The notes beneath the pieces are model-generated. The model had not been told where the DNA came from. It saw only the letters and a program-made list of their open reading frames with translations, and ran no database searches. A stretch of 64,000 nt of DNA from an uncultured virus (IMG/VR IMGVR_UViG_2660238032_000003) (Duplodnaviria > Heunggongvirae > Uroviricota > Caudoviricetes): the IMG/VR virus record IMGVR_UViG_2660238032_000003, one strand, 5' to 3'. Positions 1-11,046 of the stretch are shown here, piece by piece; positions within the stretch are counted from its first letter, which is position 1; each line of letters opens with the position of its first letter. Both the position numbers and the translations under genes were made by a program.

Positions 1-17
1 TCATAAAGTTATCTCCT
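1..17 (-). other. RBS and ATG of the next gene, running off the window (probably mutL)
   Basis: Minus strand AGGAGA (12-17) then ATG at 4-2, just after the mutS stop. The mutL identity rests only on the usual mutS-mutL order. Confidence 0.45.
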
Positions 18-28
18 ATTTATCATTT

Positions 29-2710
29 TTATTGAAGTTTTTTTGCATCTGTAACTACTTTATATAAAGTGTTCATAGCTTCCATAGGGTTAAGATTTAA
101 TATGTCTACATCACTAATCTCTTTTATAAAATTTTCTTTTTCCATAACTTCAAAGTTAATTTGCATATTGTCATTAGAAGCATCTTTATGCTTTTTATTG
201 TGTTTTTTATTTGATTCTTGTAACTCTTTTATTTCAGATTTCAAAAATTTTATAGTTTCTTCATATTCTGAATTTTGAGTTTCAATTTTTAATATTTTCT
301 CTTCATTATAGTTACAATTAGTTTCATTTACATCTATATTTTGTGCATTAGAAATAACTTTATCCTCTTCATTTTTAATAGAATCAGCAGCAATTTCTTT
401 TGTGTTATTTGAAACCATTGAACATGATGATAATTTATTTATATCAAAGGTATTTTTACTTTCTAAATCCTCAAGAATTTCTCTGGCACGATTAATAACA
501 TTCTCAGGAAGTCCTGCAAGCTTTGCAACTTCTATACCGTAAGATTCATCTGCACCGCCCTCTACTATTTTTCTTAAAAATACTACACTATCTTTTAACT
601 TTTTAACTGCTACAGAGTAATTTTTAACTCCAGGTAAAATCCCTTCAAGTTTAACAAGTTCGTGATAATGAGTTGCAAATAAAGTTTTGCATCTTAAATT
701 TTTATTTTTAGTTATATATTCAATAACAGACCAAGCAATTGAAAGTCCATCATAAGTTGAAGTTCCTCTTCCAACTTCATCAAGTAAAACTAAACTATTA
801 CTTGTAGCATTTTTTAAAATATTAGAAACTTCCCACATTTCAACCATAAATGTAGACTTTCCACCTGCTAAATCATCAGATGCTCCTATTCTTGTAAAAA
901 TCTTATCACAGATAGATATGTTTGCACTAGTTGCAGGTACAAATGAACCCATTTGAGCCATCAATGTTATAAGTGCTACCTGTCTCATATACGTAGATTT
1001 ACCAGCCATGTTAGGTCCTGTAATAAGAAGTAATTCCTTATCAGTTTGATTTAATGCAGTATTATTTGATACAAAATCGCCCTTTCCAATCACTTTTTCA
1101 ACTACAGGGTGTCTTCCATCAGTTATTTTAATTAATCCATTTGTATTTATTTCAGGTTTAATATAATCATTTTCTAAAGCAACTAAAGCTAAAGTTGAAA
1201 TACCATCTAAATCTGATATTATCCTAGCGCTCTTTTTTAATCTGCTTATTTCTTTTTCAATTTTATCTCTTATTTCAACAAATATAGAATATTCTAAATT
1301 AATAAGTTTTTCTTCAGAACCTAGAATTTTATCTTCCATAACTTTAAGTTCTTCAGTTATAAATCTTTCAGCATTAGCTAATGTTTGCTTTCTTATATAT
1401 CTACCTTCTGGAATAGAGTTATAATTTGATTTACTTATTTCTATATAGTATCCAAATACCTTGTTATAACCAACTTTTAAAGACTTAATACCTGTAAATT
1501 CACGTTCTCTATTTTCAAGAGCAGCAATCCATTCTTTTCCGTGAAGTTTGCTTTGACGTAATTCATCTACTAAATTATTATATCCATCTTTTATTATGTT
1601 TCCTTCTTTTAATCCTAAACCAGGATCTTCTTTAATAGAATCATTTAATAGATCTCTTACATCAATCAATTCGTCTAAATTTTCATAGTATCCCTTTAAC
1701 AATTCAGAACTAGTATCTTTTAAAAGTTTTTTAATGCATGGAAGTTTATCTAAAGATGATTTAAGAGACAACAAATCCTTAGCATTAACATTTTTATTTG
1801 ATATTTTTCCTACAATTCTTTCAATATCATAAATTTCTTTTAATGCGCTTCTTAAGTCTTCATTGAAACCTATTGAATTAAATACTTCTTCAACTCCACT
1901 TAATCTTTTTTCTATTTCGTCTTTAACTATAAGAGGTTCATCTATCCATTTTCTTAAAGTTCTTCCCCCCATAGAAGTTGCACTTTTATCAAGAACCCAA
2001 AGAAGAGATCCTTTTTTAGTTTTTTCTCTTATACTTTCTGTAAGTTCTAAGTTTCTTCTTGAATTTCCATCTATGGTCATATAATTTATAATTTCATATT
2101 GTTCTAATAAATTGATATTCGTTAAACTCATCTTTTGAGTTTCATTTATATATTTAAGAAGTACTTTACTTGGAATTTCTCTTTCTATTGTTAAACCACT
2201 CACTTCTAAGTCTGAAAACTGCTCTATAAGTTCTTCTTTTGAAACTAAAAACTCATTAAAATCTTTTTTAGTTATAAGAACAGGAAGTACATTGTTTATT
2301 TCTTCTAATAAATCTTCGCTTATATTATTATCAACTAGTATTTCTTTTGGAGAAACCTTTGAAATTTCATCTAATAAGCTCATCTTAATATTATTAAAAG
2401 ACGTTGTTTTAAATTCACCAGTACTTATATCAGACATTGCTATTCCAAATTTATCTTCATGTTCAGATATTACCATTAAATATGTATTATCATTTTCTAA
2501 ATTAGAATTACTGTCTATAAATGTTCCAGGAGTTATTACTTTTACAACTCCTCTTTTTACTATTCCTTTGCTTTGCTTGGGATCTTCAAGTTGTTCACAT
2601 ATAGCAACCTTATATCCTTTAGTAACAAGTCTTGGAATGTATGCAGCTGCTGCATGATGTGGAATACCACACATTGGTGCTCTTTCTTCAAGTCCGCAAT
2701 TTTTCCCTGT
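29..2710 (-). pseudogene. mutS: DNA mismatch repair protein MutS, 5'-truncated
   Basis: Walker [37 protein letters not shown] and SYGIEVA motifs. MutS-like sequence extends upstream of the ORF ATG ([17 protein letters not shown]) to 2710, then breaks. The N-terminal TPMM..QY and GDFYE motifs are absent. Confidence 0.9.
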
Positions 2711-2717
2711 AAAGATT

Positions 2718-2750
2718 AAAAAAGCCTTCCAAAATAAAATGGAAGACTTT
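2718..2750 (-). terminator. Intrinsic terminator of splB
   Basis: Minus strand AAAGTCTTCC-10 nt-GGAAGGCTTT followed by a T-run, immediately after the splB stop. Confidence 0.8.
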
Positions 2751-2753
2751 CTT

Positions 2754-3776
2754 TTAAATAATATACTTTATAACACTATTTTCAAACAATTCATTTATTT
2801 TAATTGTAAAAAATGATTTAACCTCTTCTAGCTGTTCTTTAGTATAAACATATTTTCCATATCCAAATTGACCGTACTTATATTTACGTTCTTCATCATT
2901 CATTGGTAAAGTATTATCAGGAAATACTTCATTTATAACATTTTTCGCTCTTGTAGTATATCTATGTGTTATAACTTCAAATGATAATGGATATTTTAAA
3001 TCCTTAGGCATCTTATCATGTAATTTTATCAGAAGTTCATTGTAATCTTCTTTCCAATTTTCATATAAAAATACTGGAGCTATTATAAATCCAATTGGAT
3101 ACTGTGCTTTTGCAACTTTTTCACAGGCTTCAAGTCTTAAATCATAAGAAGATGTTCTATTTTCAAAATCATTTATTACTTTATTCGTATTTAGAGTAAA
3201 TCTAATCTCTGTCTTTCCTTTATGATCTATATTCAAAAGTGTATCTACATCATTATATTTAGTTACAAATCTAAATTTACCTTTTTCTTCATTTGCAAAA
3301 AATTCAATAGCTTTTTCTAAAGAATGAGTATATGGTTCTACTGGTATAGGATCTGAAGTAGCCGCACCTTCAAATATTGTTATCTCAGGACTTCTCTCAA
3401 CAATATGTTTCTTGGCTTGATTTAATATATCATCTATGTTTACATTAACTTTAACAAACGGTTTAGTACTTAAGTTAGTATTAAGATAACAATATTCACA
3501 ATGCCCTGTACATCCAGAGAGAAGAGGCAATTGATAGTGCGCTGATGGTTTACATGACTGAAATTTAAAACTCTTTTTAATTCCAACTACTAAGGTATTT
3601 TTACCTTCTCTATAATAACTATAAGTATCATCTCCTGGAATATGTTGTTTCACCCTATTTCCACTTATATTTATAACCTCAACATTTTTATTATCTTTAA
3701 ATGTATTATATATACTTTGACCCATTTCATAATCTAAACTTCCCTTTTCAAATAATATTCTTTTAGGAATAAACAT
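2754..3776 (-). CDS. splB: Spore photoproduct lyase (radical SAM)
   Basis: CxxxCxxC motif ([11 protein letters not shown]), [15 protein letters not shown] and [15 protein letters not shown] at 3776 follows a GAGGAG RBS. Confidence 0.95.
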   Translation of the reverse strand: MFIPKRILFEKGSLDYEMGQSIYNTFKDNKNVEVINISGNRVKQHIPGDDTYSYYREGKNTLVVGIKKSFKFQSCKPSAHYQLPLLSGCTGHCEYCYLNTNLSTKPFVKVNVNIDDILNQAKKHIVERSPEITIFEGAATSDPIPVEPYTHSLEKAIEFFANEEKGKFRFVTKYNDVDTLLNIDHKGKTEIRFTLNTNKVINDFENRTSSYDLRLEACEKVAKAQYPIGFIIAPVFLYENWKEDYNELLIKLHDKMPKDLKYPLSFEVITHRYTTRAKNVINEVFPDNTLPMNDEERKYKYGQFGYGKYVYTKEQLEEVKSFFTIKINELFENSVIKYII

Positions 3777-4069
3777 ATATGATTTTTCTCCTCTCAAAAA
3801 GTTGATTTTATATATTTTCTTTTTGTAAAATTTCTTTTTCTTATATAAAGCAATGGTTAGTATTTATTTTAATAGTAATTTTCAAATATATTGTTTAATA
3901 TTTAAAAATCTTAAGTATAGAACTCTAACTATAATCTAATTTATATTTTTAGTTAAAATTATATATTTATACATATTGAAAATTATTTTATATATTATAA
4001 ATACTAACTTATGATCTTTTAACGCATATAATTAACTACATACTATTAATACTCATATGGTTGCTAAAT

Positions 4070-4105
4070 AAAAATAACTGCTTATTTAATAAAACAAGCA
4101 GTTAT
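4070..4105 (-). terminator. Terminator after the pan operon
   Basis: ATAACTGCTT/AAGCAGTTAT inverted repeat with a T-run on the minus strand. Confidence 0.65.
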
Positions 4106-4176
4106 AGTGGTTAATTATTTATATAAATTACAGGTGGTTTTAAGACCTATTATATATTTTGAATTTACATATCATT

Positions 4177-4551
4177 TTATTCATTAAATTCATAATTTGT
4201 AATTTCTTTTATTGTATTATCATCATTTACAAATACAACTTTAGGTTTATATGTCTTAGCTTCGCTTTCTATTATTTGAGCATAAGCTATTATTATAATC
4301 TCATCACCAGGTTGTACTAGTCTTGCAGCAGCTCCATTTAAACATATTATGCCTGAATCTCTTTTTCCAGGAATAACATAAGTTTCAAGTCTTGCACCAT
4401 TGTTATTATCAACAATTTGTACTTTCTCATTTTCTAAAATTCCAGCAGCATCAATTAAAGTTTTATCTATAGTTATACTCCCCATATAATTAAGATCAGC
4501 CTGAGTTACTGTTGCTCTGTGTATCTTTCCTTTTAACATATTAAGTATCAT
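4177..4551 (-). CDS. panD: Aspartate 1-decarboxylase
   Basis: [16 protein letters not shown] self-cleavage site, [15 protein letters not shown]. Confidence 0.97.
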   Translation of the reverse strand: MILNMLKGKIHRATVTQADLNYMGSITIDKTLIDAAGILENEKVQIVDNNNGARLETYVIPGKRDSGIICLNGAAARLVQPGDEIIIIAYAQIIESEAKTYKPKVVFVNDDNTIKEITNYEFNE

Positions 4552-4696
4552 TTTAATCCCCCTAGTTTTCAAACTATTACTTAAACTTATACTATATTTT
4601 AAGAATTGTGGTATATAAAATAAGTGAAGTGATATTATATTTATTGTTTTATTTTACTTATAATATATAAATTAAATATTAAAAATAAAGACTATT

Positions 4697-5539
4697 TTAT
4701 ATACTAAATGTAAAATTATCTATAAGCCTTGTTTTACCTATATAAACAGCTATAGCCACTAAAATATCTCTGTCTATAAATTCAATATTTTCTAGCGAAT
4801 TGTTGTCAACTAATTCAACATAATCTATTTTGGCTAACTGTTCACTGTTTATTGAATCTTTTATTATATTTTTAACTATATTAGCTTTTCTTTCTCCATT
4901 TTCTAATGTTTCTTTAGCTTTTAAAAGACTTCTATTTAGTATTAATGCTGCATTTCTTTCTTTTTGTGAAAGATAAGTATTCCTTGAGCTTTTAGCTAGT
5001 CCATCCTCTTCTCGAATAATAGGACATGGTACTATTTCAATATCCATATTTAAATCTCTAACCATTCTTTTTATAACAGCTACTTGTTGAGCATCCTTTT
5101 GTCCAAAATAAGCTCTATCTGGCGTAATTATATTAAAAAACTTTGAAACAACTAAACAAACTCCATCAAAATGTCCTGGCCTTTTTAAGCCACAAAGTAC
5201 ATTGGTAAGACTTGAAACACCTATACTTGTAGAATTATTATCAAAATACATTTCCTCAGGACTTGGGTTAAATACTATACTAGCTCCAGCATTTTTACAT
5301 AATTCTAAATCCTTATTTATATCTCTAGGATAACTATCATAATCTTCATTAGGTCCAAATTGAGTTGGATTAACAAATATACTAACAACTACTTTATCGT
5401 TTTCTTTTACGGCTCTTTTTATTAAACTTTCATGGCCTTCATGTAAAAAACCCATAGTAGGTACATAACCAATGCTTAATTCTTCCTTTTTCCAATCTTT
5501 AATTACTTTTCTTATTTCACAAATTTCCTTTGTTAACAT
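4697..5539 (-). CDS. panC: Pantoate--beta-alanine ligase
   Basis: PTMGFLHEGH, SIFVNPTQF, RPGHFDGV, FGQKDAQQ, GLAKSSRN, RLIDN. Confidence 0.97.
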   Translation of the reverse strand: MLTKEICEIRKVIKDWKKEELSIGYVPTMGFLHEGHESLIKRAVKENDKVVVSIFVNPTQFGPNEDYDSYPRDINKDLELCKNAGASIVFNPSPEEMYFDNNSTSIGVSSLTNVLCGLKRPGHFDGVCLVVSKFFNIITPDRAYFGQKDAQQVAVIKRMVRDLNMDIEIVPCPIIREEDGLAKSSRNTYLSQKERNAALILNRSLLKAKETLENGERKANIVKNIIKDSINSEQLAKIDYVELVDNNSLENIEFIDRDILVAIAVYIGKTRLIDNFTFSI

Positions 5540-5557
5540 AATTTATACCACCTACTC

Positions 5558-6385
5558 CTAATATAACTTTTGCAATTCTTTTTCATCTATCTTAAAACTA
5601 TGTTTATCTTGTGGAAACGATCCTTCTCCAACTTCTCCAATATAGATTTGAATTGCTTCCCTCATTTGAGCTCCTAAATTTGCATATTGTTTAACAAATT
5701 TAGGTATAAAGTCATCAAACATTCCTAGCATGTCTTGATACACTAGAATTTGACCATCACACTCATTTCCAGCACCTATTCCTATTGTTGGAATAGAAAT
5801 TTCTTTTGTTATAATTTCTGCAACCTTTTTAGGAACACATTCAAGTACTATTGCAAATGCTCCAGCATCTTCTATAAGTTTTGCATCTTCTATAAGTCTT
5901 TTAGCCGCCTCTTCACTTTTGCCTTGTATTTTAAATCCACCAAATGCATTTACAGATTGAGGAGTTAAACCTAAGTGCCCCATTACAGGTATTTGTGCAT
6001 CTACTATTGCTTTAATTTGTTTAATTACACTAGCTCCACCTTCAAGTTTAACAGCATTTGCACCACCTTCCTTTATCATTTTTCCAGCATTTTTAACTGC
6101 TTCTTCAACAGAAGTATGATAAGAAAGAAATGGCATATCGCTTACTATTAAAGCATTCTTTGCCCCCTTTTTTACAGACTTTGTATGATATATTATCTCA
6201 TCAACAGTTACTGAAAGTGTATCTTCTTCTCCTTTTATAACCATTCCTAAAGAATCGCCAATTAAAATTCCATTTATACCACTCTCATCAATGATTTTAG
6301 CCATGGAATAATCATAAGCAGTAAGCATACTTATTTTTTTACCTTTATTTTTAAATTCTTGAAATGTTGCTATTGTATTTTTCAT
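5558..6385 (-). CDS. panB: 3-methyl-2-oxobutanoate hydroxymethyltransferase
   Basis: [41 protein letters not shown]. Confidence 0.97.
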   Translation of the reverse strand: MKNTIATFQEFKNKGKKISMLTAYDYSMAKIIDESGINGILIGDSLGMVIKGEEDTLSVTVDEIIYHTKSVKKGAKNALIVSDMPFLSYHTSVEEAVKNAGKMIKEGGANAVKLEGGASVIKQIKAIVDAQIPVMGHLGLTPQSVNAFGGFKIQGKSEEAAKRLIEDAKLIEDAGAFAIVLECVPKKVAEIITKEISIPTIGIGAGNECDGQILVYQDMLGMFDDFIPKFVKQYANLGAQMREAIQIYIGEVGEGSFPQDKHSFKIDEKELQKLY

Positions 6386-7299
6386 TACTCTATTCCCCCT
6401 AAAATTTCATACACTTTTTTATATTCATTTGAATTATGAATTAAATCTTTAAGTGCAAAGTCTTCATTAAAATTATTTAAAGTATTAGTTTTTTCTTTTA
6501 ATGCAACTAAATTTAATAGATTAAGTGATAATTTTTTATAGATCTCTTTATGATCTTTATTTATTGAAGAGAGATGTTTTTTTATAGGTATAATATCACC
6601 TCTTGATACCGGTCCTGTTAAAGATTTAACAAATCCATTTTCAAAAATATTATTAATATTACCGTTTATCAATGGCTTTAAAGCCTCAAGAGATTCTTTT
6701 TCACTTAATCCAAATTCCTCAAAATAGTTTGTACCTATTTGCAATAACGATAAAACTAAGTTAGAAACCAATACAGTTGCTAAATGATATGATGAAGATG
6801 ACTCTATATTTCTTATAAAATATTTATTATTTAAGGATTTCATAAGAGCTATTATTTCACACTTTTCATCAACATTATTACTTTCAATTGAAAAATAAAT
6901 TGTTTCTAAATCCTTTAAATTAGTATTTTGATTTGAAAATGCATATATTGGGTGTATAGAATAGGTCAATGCACCAGAATGTTTTACATTACTTAATAGA
7001 TTTGATGATAATGAGCCACTAGTGTGACAAATAGATTTGTTTTTTAAATTAAGATTAAAGTTAGATATTTCAGTATCTATAATTGAAATTGTGTCATCAG
7101 GTGTTGTAATAAATAATATATTACTTTCTTCGATAATATCTTTTAACGAAGAATAAACTTTTGATTTAGTAATATTAGCCGCTTTCATAGTATTCTCTAA
7201 ATCTCTTCCATAAAAACCGATTACATTAAGCCCTTTATGAGTAAAGTAGCGTCCAAGAGATACACCTACCTTCCCAGGACCAATAAATCCAATATTAAT
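6385..7299 (-). CDS. Rossmann-like + DUF2520 oxidoreductase (PanG-type ketopantoate reductase candidate), ATT start
   Basis: The frame extends 37 codons upstream of the tracked ATG and includes [10 protein letters not shown] (GxGxxG). GGAGG lies 7 nt before ATT at 7299. Also HTSGS, SIHP and LTGPVSRGD motifs; first gene of the pan operon. Confidence 0.8.
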   Translation of the reverse strand: MNIGFIGPGKVGVSLGRYFTHKGLNVIGFYGRDLENTMKAANITKSKVYSSLKDIIEESNILFITTPDDTISIIDTEISNFNLNLKNKSICHTSGSLSSNLLSNVKHSGALTYSIHPIYAFSNQNTNLKDLETIYFSIESNNVDEKCEIIALMKSLNNKYFIRNIESSSSYHLATVLVSNLVLSLLQIGTNYFEEFGLSEKESLEALKPLINGNINNIFENGFVKSLTGPVSRGDIIPIKKHLSSINKDHKEIYKKLSLNLLNLVALKEKTNTLNNFNEDFALKDLIHNSNEYKKVYEILGGIE

Positions 7300-7324
7300 A
7301 GTACCACCTCCTAAAATTAAGTGT

Positions 7325-7430
7325 GATACAACATCCTAATTCAATCTCATTCATACAGATATGAGTTGTATAATTTAAATGAAATGATAAAACTCTGGTG
7401 AGGTTCTATTAAGATACCACCCAAAGATTA
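7325..7430 (-). promoter_or_regulatory. Structured pan-operon leader (possible pan RNA motif)
   Basis: Imperfect hairpins upstream of the pan operon RBS, e.g. CTTTGGGTGGTATCT-TAAT-AGAACCTCACCAGAG. Confidence 0.35.
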
Positions 7431-7566
7431 TTTTACCATTTAATATATAATTTAACAATAAAAATATTGTATCAAGTTAAATAAATTGAATTTTGTATAT
7501 TATATTATACAAAAATATCAAAAACTATTAGAAAATATGTTTTTATGTAAAATAGATATTCTATTA

Positions 7567-8031
7567 TTATATTATCTCTTCTACACAGCATACATCTTCA
7601 ATATTATGAAGTTGAAGAGTATAATCTGAATGATTGCATTTTTGAGATAACTTTAATGTCATTGTTAAAGCTATTATACGATCATCTTTATTCGTAGTGG
7701 CTTTTTTTACTTCAATATTAGATATCTTAGTTCCATCAGCTTGTACAGTTTTCATAAAATTAGCAACCCCTTTAATATCTCTAAGTTCTGTATAGACATC
7801 CATGATCCTAGAGTGAGTTCTTGAATATAAATCTAATTTATGAAGTCCTGTAACTACAGCAAGCATAAATATACATGCTATAATTGCACCTTCGTAAAAA
7901 CCTATTCCAATGGCTAAACCCATACATGCACATGCCCAAAGACCAGCTGCTGTTGTAAGACCTGTAACTTGATTTTTTCCAACTACTATGATTGTACCTG
8001 CACCTAAAAAGCCTATACCACTAATAACTTG
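7567..8031 (-). pseudogene. MgtC/SapB family membrane protein, 3' fragment interrupted by the prophage
   Basis: Starts abruptly at QVISGIGFLGAGTI and contains GLTTAAGLW and a C-terminal ACT-like domain. The N-terminal TM helices are missing. Confidence 0.85.
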
Positions 8032-8037
8032 GAAAGG
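8012..8037. other. Putative prophage attachment junction
   Basis: MgtC similarity ends at 8031/8032. Imperfect inverted arms CCTATACCA / TGGAAAGG flank a short core (CTAATAACT). Confidence 0.55.
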
Positions 8038-8145
8038 GTACAAATTTATATGTATCTAGGCTTGTCCTATTATATCTTAATTATAGTGTTTTAAAGGATT
8101 GCAGGGGATTTTGTATTTTATGTTATCTATGTTTATTTTATTATT

Positions 8146-8215
8146 AAGGGAAAGCGTGAGGGAAACAAGGGAAGCAAGGGAAGAATTGATAAAAACAAGG
8201 GAAGGATTAAGGAAA
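8146..8215 (+). repeat. AGGGAA direct repeats (putative integrase arm-type sites)
   Basis: AGGGAA at 8147, 8159, 8168, 8177 and 8198; CAAGGGAAG occurs three times, about 120-170 bp inside the junction. Confidence 0.6.
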
Positions 8216-8248
8216 TTTATTTATAAATTTAATTAAAATGAAGCTACC

Positions 8249-8280
8249 AAAAAAGACCAGGATTATAACTCCTGGTCCTT
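8249..8280 (-). terminator. Terminator at the prophage end
   Basis: GACCAGGA/TCCTGGTC stem with a T6 run on the minus strand. Confidence 0.75.
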
Positions 8281-8449
8281 ATCTACAAAATACTTTATAT
8301 ACTTCATACAATGCATATAAAGAAATTATACCTATAAATAGCCATCCAATTGCTATTATATTACTTGTTTTCTTTGGTTTTAGCTTAGTACTATCTGCAA
8401 TTATTTTTAAAGATTCACTAATTTCTTTTAATCTATCTTCTTCACTCAT
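8279..8449 (-). CDS. 56-aa single-TM hypothetical protein (not in ORF track)
   Basis: GAGGAG RBS; MSEEDRLKEI...IIAIGWLFIGIISLYALYEVYKVFCR; followed by a terminator. Confidence 0.65.
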   Translation of the reverse strand: MSEEDRLKEISESLKIIADSTKLKPKKTSNIIAIGWLFIGIISLYALYEVYKVFCR

Positions 8450-8513
8450 TAAAATTCTCCTCTTAAAAATGTTCCTAACATAACTTATTAATAGTGCTTT
8501 TTATTTATGATAA

Positions 8514-10838
8514 TTATTTTATTGGTTTTGGTAATTTTGATATAAAACTAGAATATCCACCACTATAATAAATTAAATTTAAACTACTATATTGCTCCAT
8601 ATTTTTCAAATCATCAAATTCAAAATCTCCTAATTTATTTTTAAACTTTTCAAAATCTTTCTCACTAGTACCTGTTAAAAACATAAATGAAGTTCCTGCA
8701 TCTATAAGCGTATCTATAAGTATATTTATTTGTTCCGTTCCTTGACAACTAAATATAAATTTACACCCAAATTTTCTTGTTTGAGGTAAAATATCATCAT
8801 TGGCTAACATTTTCATAGCTGTTTTAGTTTGAAATACTTCATCAATAAATATATGTGTTTTTTTAGGCTTTTTATGCAATGCTCCTCTTACCTCTGTAGC
8901 AATCCAAATCTTACTTAATAAGAAAGTTGTTATAACATTTTTAGCATGTTTTTTAAAACTATCTTGTGGCATTTTAAATATTATAACTTTTCCTTTTTCG
9001 AGTTCATCTACAAAGTTAATATTATTAGATCCATCTTTATTAAACATATATTTAAGTTTAAAATCACTTCTCAATAGAGATATTCTATCTAATATTCCCT
9101 CAATTTTACTTTCTTTAGTTCCTATAACTTCAATTTCTGGAGTGTCTTTTGTTGCTTTAGAATATTCATTAAGAGCTTCCATATCCTCTACTTCTTCACT
9201 TAGATATTCCTTATCTTTTTCACTTAGCATATTTAAATATTCTATTCTAGCCTTATGACTTTCTAAACATCTAATTACTTCCTTTATAGAATTTTCTCCT
9301 GTACTAAAAACTATAGTGGCAGCGGAACTCAAATATCTTCTCATTCTTGATTGTAACGGTTGTTCTGGATTAACTGCATCTACAAATTCCACTATTTGTT
9401 GGCTCTGCAAATTTGCCAATTCACTCTTTTTAAAAGAATTCATATCTTTAGAAATATTCAATTCATTAAAAGCAAAACCCTGAATATCACTTTCATTAAT
9501 TAAATCTAGTATAACAACTTTATCATCAGGTAAATAACTTATAATTTCATCACTAAGTTCGCAATTTTTAATAAAATCAATTACAACTCCGCCCTCTTCT
9601 CTTAAGTTAGCAAATCTATAATAATTAGCTCCAAAAGTAGACTTTCCTGCTCCTTGTGCCCCTACCAGAACTAATGGTAAACTTCCTTTATCGTAACTAT
9701 CTTCAATATAGGCCATAGTATTGCTACCTTTATATTTAACATTACCTAATTGAATATATCCTTCTTGTAACACTTCCGGTATCTTAGTTTCTTCTATATT
9801 AATGCTATCTATCTTATGTTCTTTTAACAATTCATACCCTGGTACTTGTATGAAATTTTTACACTCATCAACACTACATAAATTAGTATCTATTTTGTAG
9901 GAATAATCTTTAAAATTAAATCTATTATTTATTTTTTTCTTTACTTTTTTATAAACTAGCTCATTGTCTTCTCTTAATGTATTGAAACTTTGACATACAG
10001 ATATAATATTATTGTTCATTCTAGTTTTATCTATAGAATCTGAAATAACGGCTATTTGTGTACTTATAATGTTAGAATCTTTCTTTTTTAATGTGTTATT
10101 AGATAATGTTGGTTTTTCTTCAAAAGCAATCATAATCTTTTTATATAAATTATTATCATCATAATCATTGTTCCCAATAAAATCATTTAAAACAGCTACT
10201 ATTGTATCCAATGTACCAACAATAACACCTACTATAATTTTTAGTGCAAATTCAAATGTTATTTTACGATCTAAGGGTTTTTTGTCATTAAATTTTTGTA
10301 ACATAGAATCATATTTTTCACGCCATCCAAATTGAGAGCATGGCATAAAATTATACGCTATAGTTACTCTATCATCATCTTTCATTATATTTACTACATT
10401 TAAAATTTGATTAAGTGGTTCATTATTTCTTTTATCTACTTTAAGACTTAAAGCATCATCTTTTTTATACCCTAATTGATATACTAATTTATTTTCTGTA
10501 TATTGAGGTATATCTTCTATTTCTTCAATTGTAGCTTTGGACCATGTTTCATTAATTTTTTCTTTAATTATATCTTTATGAACTTTAGGTACTAAAAAAT
10601 AAAAACTTATATCTTTTTTAGTAATATCAATTACATAACTAATTTTAAAATCAGATTCTATAAATATCTTTTTTTCTTCTCTATGAACTCTTCTTATGAT
10701 TCCCTTATAAGTATCACTCATTGTCTTAGCTATTTCAGATGTATTATAATTTCTCATACTTTTGTGTGGCAATATCTTTAAGTAAATATATACTGGATGA
10801 ATTATCTCAAAATACTTACTTAATGCTAATGATTTCAT
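8514..10838 (-). CDS. Large P-loop ATPase of the VirB4/TraD/HerA-FtsK superfamily
   Basis: Walker A GAQGAGKST, VVIDF, Walker B HIFIDE, QTRKFG..FIFSCQ; one hydrophobic segment. Confidence 0.75.
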   Translation of the reverse strand: MKSLALSKYFEIIHPVYIYLKILPHKSMRNYNTSEIAKTMSDTYKGIIRRVHREEKKIFIESDFKISYVIDITKKDISFYFLVPKVHKDIIKEKINETWSKATIEEIEDIPQYTENKLVYQLGYKKDDALSLKVDKRNNEPLNQILNVVNIMKDDDRVTIAYNFMPCSQFGWREKYDSMLQKFNDKKPLDRKITFEFALKIIVGVIVGTLDTIVAVLNDFIGNNDYDDNNLYKKIMIAFEEKPTLSNNTLKKKDSNIISTQIAVISDSIDKTRMNNNIISVCQSFNTLREDNELVYKKVKKKINNRFNFKDYSYKIDTNLCSVDECKNFIQVPGYELLKEHKIDSINIEETKIPEVLQEGYIQLGNVKYKGSNTMAYIEDSYDKGSLPLVLVGAQGAGKSTFGANYYRFANLREEGGVVIDFIKNCELSDEIISYLPDDKVVILDLINESDIQGFAFNELNISKDMNSFKKSELANLQSQQIVEFVDAVNPEQPLQSRMRRYLSSAATIVFSTGENSIKEVIRCLESHKARIEYLNMLSEKDKEYLSEEVEDMEALNEYSKATKDTPEIEVIGTKESKIEGILDRISLLRSDFKLKYMFNKDGSNNINFVDELEKGKVIIFKMPQDSFKKHAKNVITTFLLSKIWIATEVRGALHKKPKKTHIFIDEVFQTKTAMKMLANDDILPQTRKFGCKFIFSCQGTEQINILIDTLIDAGTSFMFLTGTSEKDFEKFKNKLGDFEFDDLKNMEQYSSLNLIYYSGGYSSFISKLPKPIK

Positions 10839-11032
10839 TTAACCGCCGCCTTAAAACATTGTAATAAATAGTAGATAATTATAGATGTTGGAACATATTT
10901 ACCTGCTTTTTTTTGACCTGATATATACAATAACATAGCTCCCATACCTACTATTAAACATGGCCAATAACTAAATTCAGCTATTTGAGTTAAGGTGCTT
11001 TTACCTAACCATCCAAAAAAATCTTTTATCAT
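10835..11032 (-). CDS. Small two-TM membrane protein
   Basis: 65 aa with two hydrophobic helices; overlaps the ATPase start (ATGA). Confidence 0.7.
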   Translation of the reverse strand: MIKDFFGWLGKSTLTQIAEFSYWPCLIVGMGAMLLYISGQKKAGKYVPTSIIIYYLLQCFKAAVK

Positions 11033-11046
11033 AAAAAACTCCTTTC

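Noticed and set aside
8146..8215. CRISPR array
   Set aside because: Repeats are 6-9 bp with no spacer-length intervals. No CRISPR array or cas gene was seen anywhere in the window.
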